Shown: positions 38,427-52,100, counted from the first letter of the stretch. The stretch is 55,661 nucleotides of DNA from Klebsormidium nitens (GCA_000708835.1 DF237534.1:1-55661), one strand, 5' to 3'. Made by a program: numbers and translations. The notes: generated by a model from the letters alone, not told the origin.

Positions 38427-40008
38427 TCAGGAATAGTGGCAGAGTACCCTTGTGACCTTCCCGTCGCTGTCTAGTACCATGGTCTCCGCCGCGGTAAGGT
38501 CCCGCACGCTGCTCTTGTAATAGATGACTACGCTGGACACACCCGGCAGGGCAGAGTGAAGTGTAAAGTGCAGATTGGTGTGCGCAGCTAAGGCCTGTAA
38601 GAAGGAGGAACTCGCGGTCAGCTTTGGATCGGAAGAAGGGTATTTCTCGATCTAGTGAACAGTAAGCTTTTTGGGGTTCACTAAAAACACCCGCTCCGTA
38701 CCCGTACCCACCCTAACCCTACTCGTCTCCGTTACTGGCTCTTACTGTTCACTACATCGATTGGCTGGAAGAAAGGCGAAGGTCGTCAGGTGCTTCCGTT
38801 CCTGCGGGGCAGTCGGTAAGGCAATCTCAAACTTTGACACAGCGCAGAAGTGCGAGGCAGAGTGGCCAATTGTGTCAAGCGGCTCGGCGCCCTCCTGTTG
38901 TTGCGACAGTCAAGAGCTGCTCTCACGTGCAGACGATTTATTTTCGATCGGTTGCACACAGACGTATGAGTACTAAGAGCTTGCTCGAACGCATCTTTGC
39001 AAAACAACATTTTGTTGAGGGGCCAAACAACCTTTCGTGAAGGAGGTCGCCTTAGCCGAGTTCAGAAGATCTTCCCCGTTGAAAGCTCGATCTTAACAAT
39101 TCCATACGGATAGAAACGACTCCAATCGCCATTTCGAAGGCCGTTGTTGGTGAGTTTTATGTCCCCCTGATGGAGTACGTTTATGGTATTTCTAGGGGTC
39201 TCGCCAGTTCGTTTATCACAAGCTTTGTCCGATCGTTCGACGTCCTGAAACTCAGGCTTTCCGGAAGGGACAAAAAGCCTTATCTCAGAGTGGGCCGAAA
39301 GAATGGAAGGAGAGCGATCCGAAGTGAATGCCTAAGCAAAGGTTGACCGCACTTGAACGTCCGGTTCACTGAATGCAAACCAGCAGATACGCTCAGATTT
39401 GATAGATTGAATGAGGACATGATCGAGACACAGTCACTATTAAGCGCCAGCAACTCGGACAATTCGGGACCAGACCTTGTGCTACCCTACACCCTACTGG
39501 AGTTTTCATCGAAAGTAATCGCCCTGGACAGATTTGAAAAATGGTGCGACGCGCACTATTTTCAGAAATTTTCGGTACACGAATTGGTTGGGACAACCGG
39601 GAGGTTCCTTCAGGCCTTGTTCACTGCGGAGGGTTTGCCTGGTAGATTGACCCAACCGAGTTCGTGGATCCAAGTCAATCTGGATTTCGTGCAAAGCCCA
39701 TATCTGCTGGGGTCCTCAGAGCGGACAGGTTTGACGACAACTCCCCTAGAACCTCAAACACCTGGTCTGGTTTGGAAGGAAGAAGGGAAAGAATGACAAA
39801 GGCCCCGCCCCACCTTCTCCCAGTAGGCCCGCAGCTCTTTCTTGCCGTGCACCGTCCCGTCCTCCTTCCCCGCGAACTGAACGGCAAATGGTGACGTGAA
39901 GATGACGTCATCCGAGTAGTGGACGAGCACGGCGTCGATGTCGTGCCTGTTCCAGGCCTCAATCCACTCGTGCGCCAGCGCGTCCGCCTGCGCTTGAGTC
40001 ACGGGCAT
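38427..40008 (-). CDS. SnoaL-like / NTF2-fold protein, 120 aa, 2 exons
   Basis: Exon 1 40008-39814: MPVTQAQADALAHEWIEAWNRHDIDAVLVHYSDDVIFTSPFAVQFAGKEDGTVHGKKELRAYWEK, donor GTGGGG. Exon 2 38594-38427: ALAAHTNLHFTLHSALPGVSSVVIYYKSSVRDLTAAETMVLDSDGKVTRVLCHYS*, acceptor ttcctccttcttacag. WIEAWNxHDIDAVLxHYSDDVxFTSP is the typical start of SnoaL-like proteins. Confidence 0.88.
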
Positions 40009-43000
40009 GGCTTGCAGAAGTGGGCTGTTTTCTCCGTGGTGGGGGGGGGGGAAGAAGAGTTGGAAAATGAAGATGTACAAGCATTTAAAGCAACTGTCAA
40101 AAAAGGCGCCGGAAGGCAAAGACCAGGAAATGCACAGTCAGTGAGTCTGACTCTTTTTCGGATTGACCGAGTCGTCAATACTACCCACTTTGGGTGCACA
40201 GGACCATGAATTGCCTGGATTTGACTGTCCCACTTTCAAGAGGTTCACTTGCTGAGTGACTCAAGGTTCAGAAAGACCTGGGTACAGAAAAGGGAAACTC
40301 AGCCCCAAAACATACCCGCTCCGCACCTGCAGAAATCGTTAACTCCCGGCATCGAAACCACCCATTCCCTGGGCGCCTGCCTTTCGTTGCTAGAGTCGTA
40401 AGTCGCTTTGAAGAACTGCGTCGCTCTATTAACAGTAATATATGTGAGACATGAGTCATGTTAGCTGCCAACCAGAAGGGGACTATCTCTCACCAGACTT
40501 GTTGAGGTAAGGGCACCCGGTCCCTTCTGTAGATCAGGGCACTCGCTCCCTTCTGCACCTACTAGGAGACGACGTTAGTTATTCCAAAATTGCCAGTCGT
40601 AAGGTCCCCTCTTTTCAGATTCTGTTTGAGAGATGCCCCTAGCCACAGCTTTCTCAAATTGTATCTCTCAGAAAGTGTGGTCCAGATAAGCAATCTGAAC
40701 TTCTTTGTATTAAAAGTGGGTTGAACATACATGGTTTGGATTGGACGGACATGGTCATATGTTTGGATTAAACGGACATGGTCATACAATGGGGAATCTG
40801 ACATGGAAGACTCCGGATGCATCTCTGCACCACAATGAGGCAGGAACGAAAGGGATATACTCAACCGCACCTATTGATTGATCTGGAATGAAACCTAAGT
40901 GGCTTGTCGCTCATACTGTGATTGTCAGCAACTGAAATGCTAGTGGTTCAATCAACACCCCAGGAAGGCAGAAAGAAACGGGTAGGAAAAGGACTGTATC
41001 CTCAAATCTCTTATTTCCTGAGATCCACCCTCCTGAGTGCCTATGCTTTTGAGCTCCACTCCATGACTTGTTTGCAGGGTCAGGTCTCCTTGCTGACAGA
41101 TAAATACTTGCAGCCCCCCGCCTAAAGCTTTCAGCCAGGATACATCTTCAGTCAGCAGTCTCTACCCTTGGAGCATTCTATGCTGCAAAGCTGCTGTAAA
41201 GGCAGAAAGATCTGATCGGCAGCTCAAGTCTGTTTGGGTATCAATGCGGCAGCCATTGGCCGTTCAGGCACCGTCATTCAGCTGACCCAGTCTTTCAATC
41301 CAGCTCCTTCACGGTCGCTGCCAAGGGGGCCGGTTCAAGAATGCAGGAGGCAAGCAGGCGTCGGAATCAACTGCCGGTGCAAAGCAGCGCAATGCAGGCT
41401 AACTCACCTTATAACTCTAGCTGGGAAGCAATGATATGAAGCCCACCCCCTCCGTGTGCACAATTGTGAGTGTTTCTTAACTCAACAACTCCGACTCATG
41501 CGTCAAAGCTCAGTTTTTCCAGCTTCTTTCCTCGTGACGACTGCAAGTGGGCTGCATCTATTGAGCAGAGCGTGCTGCGCTTAGTGGCCTTCCTGTATGA
41601 GCCCTAGTATATGAGCTCGCGGCCGCCATTGCCTGCAAAATCTGCCTAGCTGATCAGCTAGCGCGGTACGTGACTCGATCGTAACCGGGAACGGCTGGAC
41701 TGATACGGTAATGGTTGACGAGGTTGTTGGAGCTTTGCTTGTTCCGAGCGACCGGCAGTATTGCCGCTATAAGCTTGACGGTTCGTGAAACGGCAGGCAT
41801 AAAACTTGTCAATTCTTCCGGTAAATCAAATTGACTGATAAGCATAATAATTACATCATTTTGGCCGGGGTCAAATCATACATTTAAGTTTATAGATTTC
41901 GGTCGAAATCATATCAACTCTTCAAAATAGAAAAGTGGCCACTGTCAGTTTGATCGCACGTACGCGCATCTTCATGAAGCGCTAGCGTGTCAATTTGACT
42001 GAACGGAAAATGCAGTGCGTATACGATGCATATAATCTACCTAGCTAGATATCCTGCATGTGTGACAACGTGAGCATTTTTGGTGGCGCGGGCATATCCA
42101 TATGCCAACGTGGCGACCAAGTGGCGCCAAACTGTTCAAATACTGGTAGCTAGGGTGAGATAGGGCGGCTGAGCGCGTTCTGCTTTGCTTCTCTGATCTA
42201 GCCTCTAGGATAGGTATGCACCAGCGAGATGGCCAGTTCCCGGTCAGCTCTTCAGTGCTTCGCTCAGCTTGCAGGTAGTGAATGCTCTCAGTCTCTCTAG
42301 ATAGCTGTTTGCCTTCAACATCCAACAACTACGGGCTGCTGGAAACGTCACGTTGAGATAAGGAATATGGCTAGGTACCACCGTCAAGAAGAGGACGAAT
42401 TTGGAGATGACGAGATTGCTGATGAAGCGCGAGAGCTTATGCAGATTATATTCGGTGAACCCGAAGAATGGTATGATGTGATTGAAACCGCTCCGAAGCA
42501 GATGCGGCAAGCGTGTCGGGTTGCAAAAGACAAGGCAGCAGCCCTAAGGTGCTACTGCATTGAAGCAGGGCTCTTGAAACTTCCAGTCCGTGCAAAGGTG
42601 GGAAAAACAAGGCAGGCGTGTCCGAAAGATGTTAACAGGAAACGACGGAGCCTTGAAGCCAGCCTGCAGAAGCTTTTTGCAAAGGGTCGTGCTAATGGAG
42701 CAGGGGTCGAAGAGTTTGTGTGGGGTATATCTTACGGGGATGGCAGCATCAGGATTGGTGAGCTCTGCTTACTTACGATTCTGGCTGGTTATTGGTTACT
42801 AGCTGTATATGTTGTGACGTTGAAAAAGAGGGTCCAAGAGGTAACATCACTAAAGTAGCATTCGCACTCCACAAGCACACCCATGGGCGAGCCGCTCACT
42901 GTCAGTAAAGAATCTATTTTTGAAATGGGCACAGGCTCAAGAGTAACTCTTCTGTGTCATGTTTGACTTGATCAGCAAATGCCCACTGACTTGCTAAGGA

Positions 43001-45779
43001 ACTCTGAATGCAGACTGCTCTGATGTTGTGCACAGGTTTTGATGAGGTTCTTGCTCCATCTGGCAACAAGAGGGTTACATGGAGAAGGTCCGGCAGCATG
43101 CAAACAACTCAAAGTTGACGGCACAACAGTTTAAGGTGAGGGTGGCAGATTACACTTCATCCTGTCGAAGCCAAAGTTGTGCTCCTTTGGCATGGCCACA
43201 GGCTGGATGGTACAGATGGTGTGCTTGATCTCTAAGTGCCCTTCGTGCGGCTTTCAGTTCTGGCAATGACATGGCAAGGCTGTGGGTTGGTTGAGAAGCG
43301 GCCCCTGATTGACAAGGGCTGACAATTATGTTGGGCTTTGCAGGACAGCTTGCGGCCTGCAGATCTTACCACTCTCTTGTCCAAGCACCTCACTGTACCG
43401 GAGCGCAAGGCAGCTGTAACTTCTTTGGGGCCAGTGTGCTCTCCCCCAATGGCGGTCACATCCTTCACTGCCGCGTTTGGGCCTGCGAGTGGGCGCTTGG
43501 CATGGTGGCCTCCAGTTGTACCGCTCTTGAAAGCATGGAAGCTGAAAGCGGAGGAAACCATCGCTGTTCTTGAAGCGATGGCACGGAACATTGTGACGCA
43601 TTTCGGTGAGCACGCCGGGCCAATACAAGTAGACAAAGAGGCAAGGACCTTTGTGTAGCCGGTCTGCTCATTCCAGCTTGGGGCCTCTTTCTTAAGGTTT
43701 CTCACAGAGGACAAGCTTCAGAAATGCAGCGGACCAGGTGCGGCAACCTTTTTCTACTCTGTTGCATTCAGTATTAGCCCAGCTTTCGTGATGCTGCCGG
43801 CAGTCAGTTTAGAGTTGTACACGGTTTGCAGGGGCCGGCACAACTATGTCGGAAGAAGAGCAGAAGCGTGGCTGCCTGGAGGTTTTCAAACGGTGTGTGG
43901 TGGGGGCGCATGTTGCTGCTGGCCTGAAAGGGTCCGACAGTCAGAAAGTGGCCATTTTCGAGCTCATCGGCGAGAAAGCTCTGATGACGTGGCAGCTTCC
44001 TGAAGCCAGTGGCCAAGGACAGGAAGGTGAGATACGCTTGCCAATCTAGGAATAAGACTTTTCTCATGATGACTTGGAGTCTCTAATCGGTGGCCAGGGA
44101 CAAGAGATTGAGAAATTTGTTCAAACTTGACTGTCAACTCGATATGAAAGGAAGACTGGTTCTGCTCTGTCAAATAAGTCCCGGTTCTGTTTGAGTATGC
44201 AAGTCTTCACATTCTTGCTCGTGCCTAAACCCTTCCAGTCAATACAGCGCTGCCCGAAGCCTTCCAGTCAATATAGTGCTGCAAGTCAACTTTTACATAT
44301 GAGCACCCCGGAAAGCTATTTGCCAGTCCCCGTGCAGAGTCTTGTCACACGAAGCAATCAGCTATAGATCTCTATTCCCTCATTCATTCAGGTTCGACGA
44401 AATGGCATCTTGTCAGCCTTTGCTAATCTGTCGCAGGTTGCGACAGCGGCGCATTGAGGCAACCTCCTGCCCCAAGACGGGTGAGAAGGACCAAGGCGCA
44501 AATGGGTCCGCAACCCTTCCCGTGCCCGCACTGCATTGGCGAGTACTCCACAGCGGCGGCCGTACGGGCTCACCGGTGTAAAGCTAGAAGTGGGGCCCAG
44601 CCAAACACGGAAAGCCCCGAGACGGAAGCCCCCGCACCGGAGGGAGCTCACCATGGCAGGGGTGCAAGCCCATCATCAAACGGAGGGGAGGGGGATCACT
44701 GGGATGACGGACCGGATGGTGCCTTGGACGAACTCATTGAAGAAGTGGAGCGCGACGGAGCACAAGGTACGAAGAAGCTGAAATCTGCTTGTTGTACTAA
44801 AAATAAGTCGTCGATTGGCCGTTCTTTCAAAGTTGCTTCTTCACGGAGGCCCCGGAGATCAATCTAAAGTGCATCTCTCACAGCGTGCGCAAGGCAAGCT
44901 GATTCTGCATTGCTTACTACACTAGAAGAATGGAAAGTCGGCTGCCTCGGCCTCTACTTTTGAGAAGCGGTTGTGATTGATTGTTGCTTAACGAGTCACC
45001 AACTTCAATTTGGAGTTTTTTGAGTGTTGAGTGTTCATTTGCGCTTACAAAGTTAGAGAAAGACTTCCGTTTGCAATCAGCTCTCTTCAAAGCTCAATGG
45101 CACACTCAAACTCCGATTTCGGCTTTGATTAGACCAGGTGTACGACAAGCAGTGAAATCAGATGTTTGCAAGCAGAGCAAAGCAACAAAAGTCATTGGCG
45201 TTTGACAGGTACCGCAGTGTCCGAAGGGACAGTGCTAGCTCAACCAGCAGCTGCAGAGTTCCTTCAAGCTGTACAAGCTTTTGCGGCGCCATTCGAGCAA
45301 GACGCCAACGCCCCATTCCACCTCCTCAAGCTGCTGAAAGACCTGCTTGATAAGGGGGACGTTGGCCGTGATTTTCTGTACGTACTGCACACTATGCAGG
45401 GAGTGGGAACCGTCTCCACGAGACTCCTTAAAGCCGGCCTAGGTCTGGCAGTGCCAACGGACACTCTGCTGATAGAGGCACACACAGAGGTTGTGGTTAA
45501 GTATCTCCGTCCTGGGTCGGGAAACTGGCCGAAGTTTGTGGAACAGTGCGAACTACTAGAAGATCTAGCAGAGAACATGGGAGGGGAACTTGCGGAGCGA
45601 TGGTCGTGCTTTCAACGAGCGATTATTAATCCGTTGCTTGCAAGCGAGCTGGTGGTCAGATTTAACCAAGAGTCGTTCTTTGGAAATCTGAGAGCCTTTG
45701 TAGAGCGTGCGAACGGGGCGCTCCAGGGCCATCAAAGGTTGGGCCAGCATGGCGTCGCACCAAGCGTGCAACACGAGAA

Positions 45780-46810
45780 GGGGCAGCGCGACGGGGCCCC
45801 GAGTGCGCAACCGGACGGGGGGCAGCCTGAAAAAGCCTCTAGTCCAAAAACGGTGGGTGGGCAGCCCGACAAGACGCCGAGTGCGAAAGCGGGGGTGGCG
45901 CCGAGCATTAGGGCGTTTTCAACGCAGCCTGGAGGGGGGGGGGCTGATAAGGCCTCAAGTCCGATTCCGGGGGGGGGTCCGATCACGGCGAGGGGGCCGC
46001 TCGACAAGAGGCCGAGTGCACAGCACGGGGGGGCGCCGGGCGAAAGGGTGCCGGGAACGCAGCCGGGGGGGGGGCAGCCTGACAAGGCCTCCNNNNNNNN
46101 NNNNNNNNNNNNNNNNNNNNNNNNNNNNNNNNNNNNNNNNNNNNNNNNNNNNNNNNNNNNNNNNNNNNNNNNNNNNNNNNNNNNNNNNNNNNNNNNNNNN
46201 NNNNNNNNNNNNNNNNNNNNNNNNNNNNNNNNNNNNNNNNNNNNNNNNNNNNNNNNNNNNNNNNNNNNNNNNNNNNNNNNNNNNNNNNNNNNNNNNNNNN
46301 NNNNNNNNNNNNNNNNNNNNNNNNNNNNNNNNNNNNNNNNNNNNNNNNNNNNNNNNNNNNNNNNNNNNNNNNNNNNNNNNNNNNNNNNNNNNNNNNNNNN
46401 NNNNNNNNNNNNNNNNNNNNNNNNNNNNNNNNNNNNNNNNNNNNNNNNNNNNNNNNNNNNNNNNNNNNNNNNNNNNNNNNNNNNNNNNNNNNNNNNNNNN
46501 NNNNNNNNNNNNNNNNNNNNNNNNNNNNNNNNNNNNNNNNNNNNNNNNNNNNNNNNNNNNNNNNNNNNNNNNNNNNNNNNNNNNNNNNNNNNNNNNNNNN
46601 NNNNNNNNNNNNNNNNNNNNNNNNNNNNNNNNNNNNNNNNNNNNNNNNNNNNNNNNNNNNNNNNNNNNNNNGCCGAGTGCACAGCGCGGGGGGGCGCCGG
46701 GCGAAAGGGCGCCGGGAACGCAGCCGGGGGGGGGCAGGCCTGACAAGGCCTCGGGTCCGAATCCGGCCGGGGGGCCGCCCGAAAAGATGCCAAGTGCACA
46801 GCTCGGGGGG
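45780..46810 (+). repeat. GC-rich coding minisatellite (PSAQxGG / GGQPDKAS units) spanning an assembly gap
   Basis: Near-identical blocks of about 80 bp, ccgagtgcacagc...gggcgaaaggg...gggaacgcagccggggg...cctgacaaggcctc, at 46012-46092 and 46673-46752, with more diverged units from about 45780. Confidence 0.85.
46093..46671. other. Assembly gap (N run) inside the coding minisatellite
   Basis: Run of N flanked by repeat units. Confidence 1.
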
Positions 46811-49149
46811 AAGCCGTGTATAGGTGAGAGAGACGTTTCGGCCATGTCGGGGTGGGGCATATCTGTTGTCCGCGAAGGCAAGTTGGTGATTCCGAAGTTG
46901 TTTTTAAAAACTACCTAAAAGTATCGCAGACCATTTTACAGCGGTTCAAGCCACTCAGCGTTTGGCAGCGGTACAAGGTCAACCTGCATGCCACTGCCTA
47001 CAAGCATACAAGTCCAAATTGTTTTTCGTGCAGAACCAGAAGACCATGCTCGGCTTCCACCTCGTCCAAGTTCCGACTTAGCGTCTGGCACCCTCAAGAG
47101 GAAGATTGCTCCTGGAAAAGTACCCAGAGGTAACGAGCCGAGGCTTGCAGCTGTCACGTGTTTGCTCGGGGGTTGAAGGCTTCCAAAAGCACACAAACTG
47201 CTCTGGACATACGGTTTTACTGCTGTTGCTTTTCACTCGCATCGATCCACGAAAGCACAATGCTTCCGGAGATTCTTCTTTCGCTTGTTTCATCGGTATT
47301 GAGTTCGGAAATAACTCGAAGGTGTTGAGACGCGTTTGGGGTGTTCTTGTTTGTAGGTCGAGGAAAGAAGTCAAGGGCCGGGATTGCCGAATCAAGTAGC
47401 TCAACGGAAGGTGAGCGCACTGTCAGCATGATTTGTGTAACCCATTATCTGACTTGGGTGATGAGCTGAAAGTCTAGTCCTACATTGTCGAAACTAGCCT
47501 CCGTCACAACAACTAAGCATCAACAATTTTAGTCTAGAAGGAGAATTTGGGACTGGCATGTCGAAGTGCTTGCTCACTGCTCAGCACACCGTCTGATTGC
47601 AACCTTGTGCTTGTGCAGGGGGCGGTGTTGAAAACCTGCCAGGTGGAGTCGGAGGTTCGTTCCCACGGATAATGATGCCCGACCGGCCGCCGAGACGAGT
47701 CGCAAGTGCCGGTGTTAGCCAAGTTTTGAAAGAGTTGACGAACGGATCACGTCGCTACCGCTGATATTCTTGTCTACTTGTTGTTTAGTCTGATGGTTGC
47801 GTTGCTTTGAAGGGGCTCCGGCCCCAAAAGATTGAAGGTGACTAAGCTTAGCACTGAACTTCGACCGAGTCCCTATCTATGATCAGGCTCCTGTTGAGGT
47901 TCTCCAATCGAATTCCTATGGGTTCAATGAGGAACGGATAATGTGCTGTATCATACATACTATGCCAGCAAGTATCGTGGCGTTGAGTTGGGGCTTGAAG
48001 GTCAAGATGACATGTAGTATCTCCAGATAGTATCTAGATAGCCGGTTGTGCGGTTCAGTCAAGTGCTACAACTGCGGAATCATGGCATTGCAAGTGACGC
48101 CGCAACATCGTTGTGTGACATGAACTGGACAGATAAACGATACGGCAAAAGCATTGCAGAATACAGCGCGGACAATGGTACCTCAATCCGCTTAGGTAAT
48201 ACGGTGCCAAACATGCATTCAGGCCACCAATAACTCAACCGTCTATAAGGCCGTTTCGATTATTCTCAGTGTTGGCGATGTGTCTTCGATTCAATATATT
48301 GACACATGCTGGCAAGGTTCCGAGGTCAAAATGAAATCCGCAATCATGCAGTAACCTATTCACGAGTGAAATCTGACAACGTGCTAGCCTTGCGTACACA
48401 CGCTGGCGTGCTTTACGGTATGAACGTTGCGCTACGGTTGACTTAGAGCACGCCACCTGGCCACCCTGCATGCGCCCATGCATTTTTCAAGCTCAGCGAG
48501 GCGTTGTTGACAGCGGCGCAGCATATGAGCAATCCAAATCTGGCTGCATACATAGCGATTCCGCACTTTCCTCAAAGTTTGGCAGCTTGAGTCATGTGCC
48601 GCCACATTATCAATTTACTAACTTATAGTAAAGCGACTCATGACGGTAGTGCCCGACGATCATGGTCACCCAACCAGATCGTCAATGTATTTCGCGCACG
48701 GGCCAGGATGCTTTAGCCGCTGCGCGGTCATGAGTAGTTAATTGTCATGCATACTTTGAGCTCTCATCCACGCGCTACAGATACGAAACTTTGAACCTAT
48801 GATGCATGCTAATTCAATATGTAAACCATCCAATTTCAAGCGGTCATAGTGACTAAATACCGATCATTATCTTGCAAAAGAAACCAGCATGCCCGGGTGC
48901 AATTCAATGACTAAGCGGCGGCCGCCACTGCCGAGATGCATTGAAGGGCAACTTAATATGACCGACCCATGCAGATCACGCGTTGCGTTCCAATTTCTTG
49001 ACCATAGGGCATACCTAAGCATGCAACCGTTTGACCATCGGGCCTCTTTAGGTTCTTGAAGATCAAACGACCATTTATTCATGGTCACAAGAACAATACG
49101 TCGAAAGCGCTCGGTTGCGAAACTTAGAAACAACTGTTAACAGAGTATA

Positions 49150-52100
49150 TTATACATTCTCGATGTCACATGATTCTACATCTGCGTCGAAGTCCTCAAA
49201 TAAGTTACCTACGGCCTCCTCAAGCTCCGGGCCTACCCGACTAGTTAACGAAAGAATATCGCCACAGTCCTGTTGCCGGTTCAAACAGTGCAGATAATAC
49301 CTAGCAAATGCTAGAAAGGTAGCCTGGCTCATATACGCGCATTGTGATTTTATGTTTGCCAACCTCGAGTTTCTTTGCTCGTGGACTATTGTGTTCCGAC
49401 TTTGCAACGATGGGTTGCGCTTGATGGCGTAAGCTATACTACAATCCTTATGGTTTGGCTGGTGAAGCGCATCAATTCCTACTAATGTATCTGCGGCCCA
49501 TTCAGGCTCCCTATTCAGAATGAATGCGTTGGTAATGACACCCGTTGTCATAAGCTACGAGTTTTGGTGCGCGCTTCCAGCGAGTGTAAAGAACCTCGAA
49601 CAAAGTTCTCGGAGACTCAGCGTTTCGCATAACCAAAAAACCAATGCAACGACTGCATTTTAAGCAGAACACTGTGAGAAGCCTCAGCGTGATGCCCAGA
49701 TGCTTGTACTGGTACTTACGACACGTGGCTCCCGACTTCTGGCTCACATAGTCCGCCCGGTATCGCCGCACTCTCCTGACAACCGGTAGAGTTGGAAAAT
49801 ACTGGCCCGTCCGCATGAACATCTCTTCATCGGTCCACGTGGTAGTACCTGCAAGGCAAAGGTGCATATGCTGAGGCAGCTCGACTAGTGGGAAAAAACG
49901 TCATGATATGCCACCCTACGAACCAGTATCAACTTCGGATAGCAAGAAATGCATGGACTCGGCAATCTATCAAAGAACTAGTCTGGGCGAGAAAGAAATA
50001 CATCAAAGACTGCTCAGAACCCGGAAGTTTCTCCAATCATTCGAAAGAAGATCGAAAAGCGGATTGCACTCCGTACCCCAAAATCTGTTGATGAAAAAGT
50101 CGCTACTCACTCTGCACAATGGTATTAAAGACGAGTTCCTGATGACGTCAATGTTGCATCAGACGAATGAGAACTCACTTAGTTCCGGATGCTCGGAGAG
50201 AGCGGGCTCCTTGCGGTTGGCAGCCTGAGACGGAGAGCGCTGGACGGCGGGCTTGAAGGCACGCCGTGCCACCGCAAGCATGGCCCTGGATTAGACAAGT
50301 TTTGTAGAAAGTCACCAGGTTGACTTCGATTAGCCTGTCTCATCGAGCAGTTCACCGTCTCAAACTTCGCGCGGTCCGTTCTCAGATTGCAACTACACCA
50401 TCGGTCACCTCGTGGTTAGTGGGAAGATAGCCCACTCGAAACTGATTTCGTGCTGAGAGATTTTCCCCGGAAGGAAGCATTGCTCGTACTTGAGCTGCCG
50501 GTTACATGTACACATTTTCTGCCGTCCACAGCAAGTGCATGTTTCCTACACTAACAATGACCGCCTGTGAATCTGTAGATCAATTTGACTGAAGATTCGA
50601 ACAAAGTGCACACAATACTGACCTCAGAAGATCGACCGCAGTGCGATCGAGTTTACCATCCGCAGCTCGTTTTTGAAGGGCAAGTATGAGCGAATGCAGA
50701 ACGGACGCGTTGGATGCGAACAGCTGGTACGACTCGAAGTCGGCTATGTGGCCGTGTTGCAGAAGATGGTTCTCCACGACGGCAAAGACGCTCGAAGGAA
50801 GGAGAGAGCAGGTAGGTGCAGAGGACTCGACCGCATGCAGAAACTCCCGCACCTCTGGCCGGGCGAAGTGGCGGTCCTGTGCGTGAGAAGTTCCATTTGA
50901 AGAACTTTCAATATCGGAGCGCAATTTTTCCGGATAACCTTGACCGCGGCAACCTGATTCTATGTTCCTTGAGCGAGATGCTAAAAGAGGTCACCTAATA
51001 CACGCAACATTCAGCAACAATCAGATAACAGGACTGGTTAATCAACATAACCGGCCAAGTGACGAGAGTGACGGCTAGTGGTCAAAGTGTTGCCACACTG
51101 TTCCCAACTAGGGAAATTGTTGGGCAACAAGATGCAAAGTGGGACACAACTTGCGACGCCGCAGTTAAATTGCACAAGCGAATATTGGGAAGATCAGGAG
51201 ACTTGCATTTGACAACGCTGTACTACGTCAAGTACTTCCCCACCACCAGCTTGGTTTCCATTCACTCGAAGTCGCCAAGGCACTCGACTTGCTTACCTTG
51301 TCAGTGAGGGGAGCGTCCACGAGGAAGCAGAGGACCGAAGCCTCCTCTTCAGATTGGAGAAGCTTGCGGAGCTCAGCATACTTCGCATCATCCAGCCCCG
51401 CTCCTCGGGCTGTCGTACTGCAGGAAGGAAGCGGATGATCTGAGATGGATGTCTAACAAAGCAGCCAGCGGTTCAGCGGTTCTTTCTACCAACGTAACGC
51501 TCGTTGTGATTGACGCCTAACCACAAAATGAACGAACCGAACGCAAGGATGGCGACGACTGTGGAGTTCCGTGCATGGCACACGACCCGAAAGCGGTATA
51601 GGGGCTGTCGTAAAGAAGATGTCAAAAAGCCGATCACTTCTGCTTTTAATCTCAGAGACGTCCCTATAACCTCAAAAACGTCCCCAAAGGGACCTTTTGT
51701 GTCCATGGTCTCCTTAGAACCGGACATTGACTCCCCAATCCAACGGAATGATATTTCAGAGTGGATGTGTTGATGAAGCTAGCGAACTAAGCAAACGACC
51801 ACTAAAGGACGCAGCTTGCTCGTGATCCTCACATCCTGTCTTGCATTTAATTCCCAGATGGCAGATCGAATCCATTGAACGGAACTTAGCGTGGGGTACC
51901 TACTTGCAGATTTTTATCCAGAACCTCTTCCTAAGGTGGGCGGTTGGGGGTTTCAGCACTTTAAGGCTCGAGCGTCCCTGCCCACCACGACGCTCTCCAA
52001 TTAGCCAGAACACTGCCCGCAAGGCTGTCCGAATCAGTAGACGACTCTTCGAGCAGACCATTAAAATTTTGTTATCTTAACTGAGAACTGGATCTATTCT

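Larger units (their letters stand above)
42367..47764 (+). pseudogene. Uncharacterised multi-exon gene (probably TE-associated) with a C2HC zinc finger and a Gly/Pro tandem repeat; one or two frameshifts
   Basis: Exons 42367-42757, 43036-43135, 43344-43737, 43832-44026, 44437-44766, 45209-46823 (spans a gap), 47034-47129, 47357-47410, 47619-47764 have canonical GT-AG sites and matching phases if single-base shifts are assumed near 43070 and 43650. Zinc finger FPCPHCIGEYSTAAAVRAHRC. No family recognised. Confidence 0.6.

Noticed and set aside
39353-39796. 147-aa plus-strand ORF nested in the SnoaL intron
   Set aside because: No recognisable motif, splice support or coding-like composition.
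41640-42300. Terminal inverted repeats or target-site duplications for the KDZ element, compared with 55300-55661
   Set aside because: No convincing inverted match by eye. I found only a short direct similarity (gtcaattNgactgaa near 41988 and 55463) and a 16-bp palindrome ctagctgatcagctag near 41646. The right end probably lies outside the window.
42367-47764. TET/JBP dioxygenase as the transposase partner
   Set aside because: No HxD...H...R 2OG-Fe(II) motif or double-stranded beta-helix pattern is visible in the translated exons.
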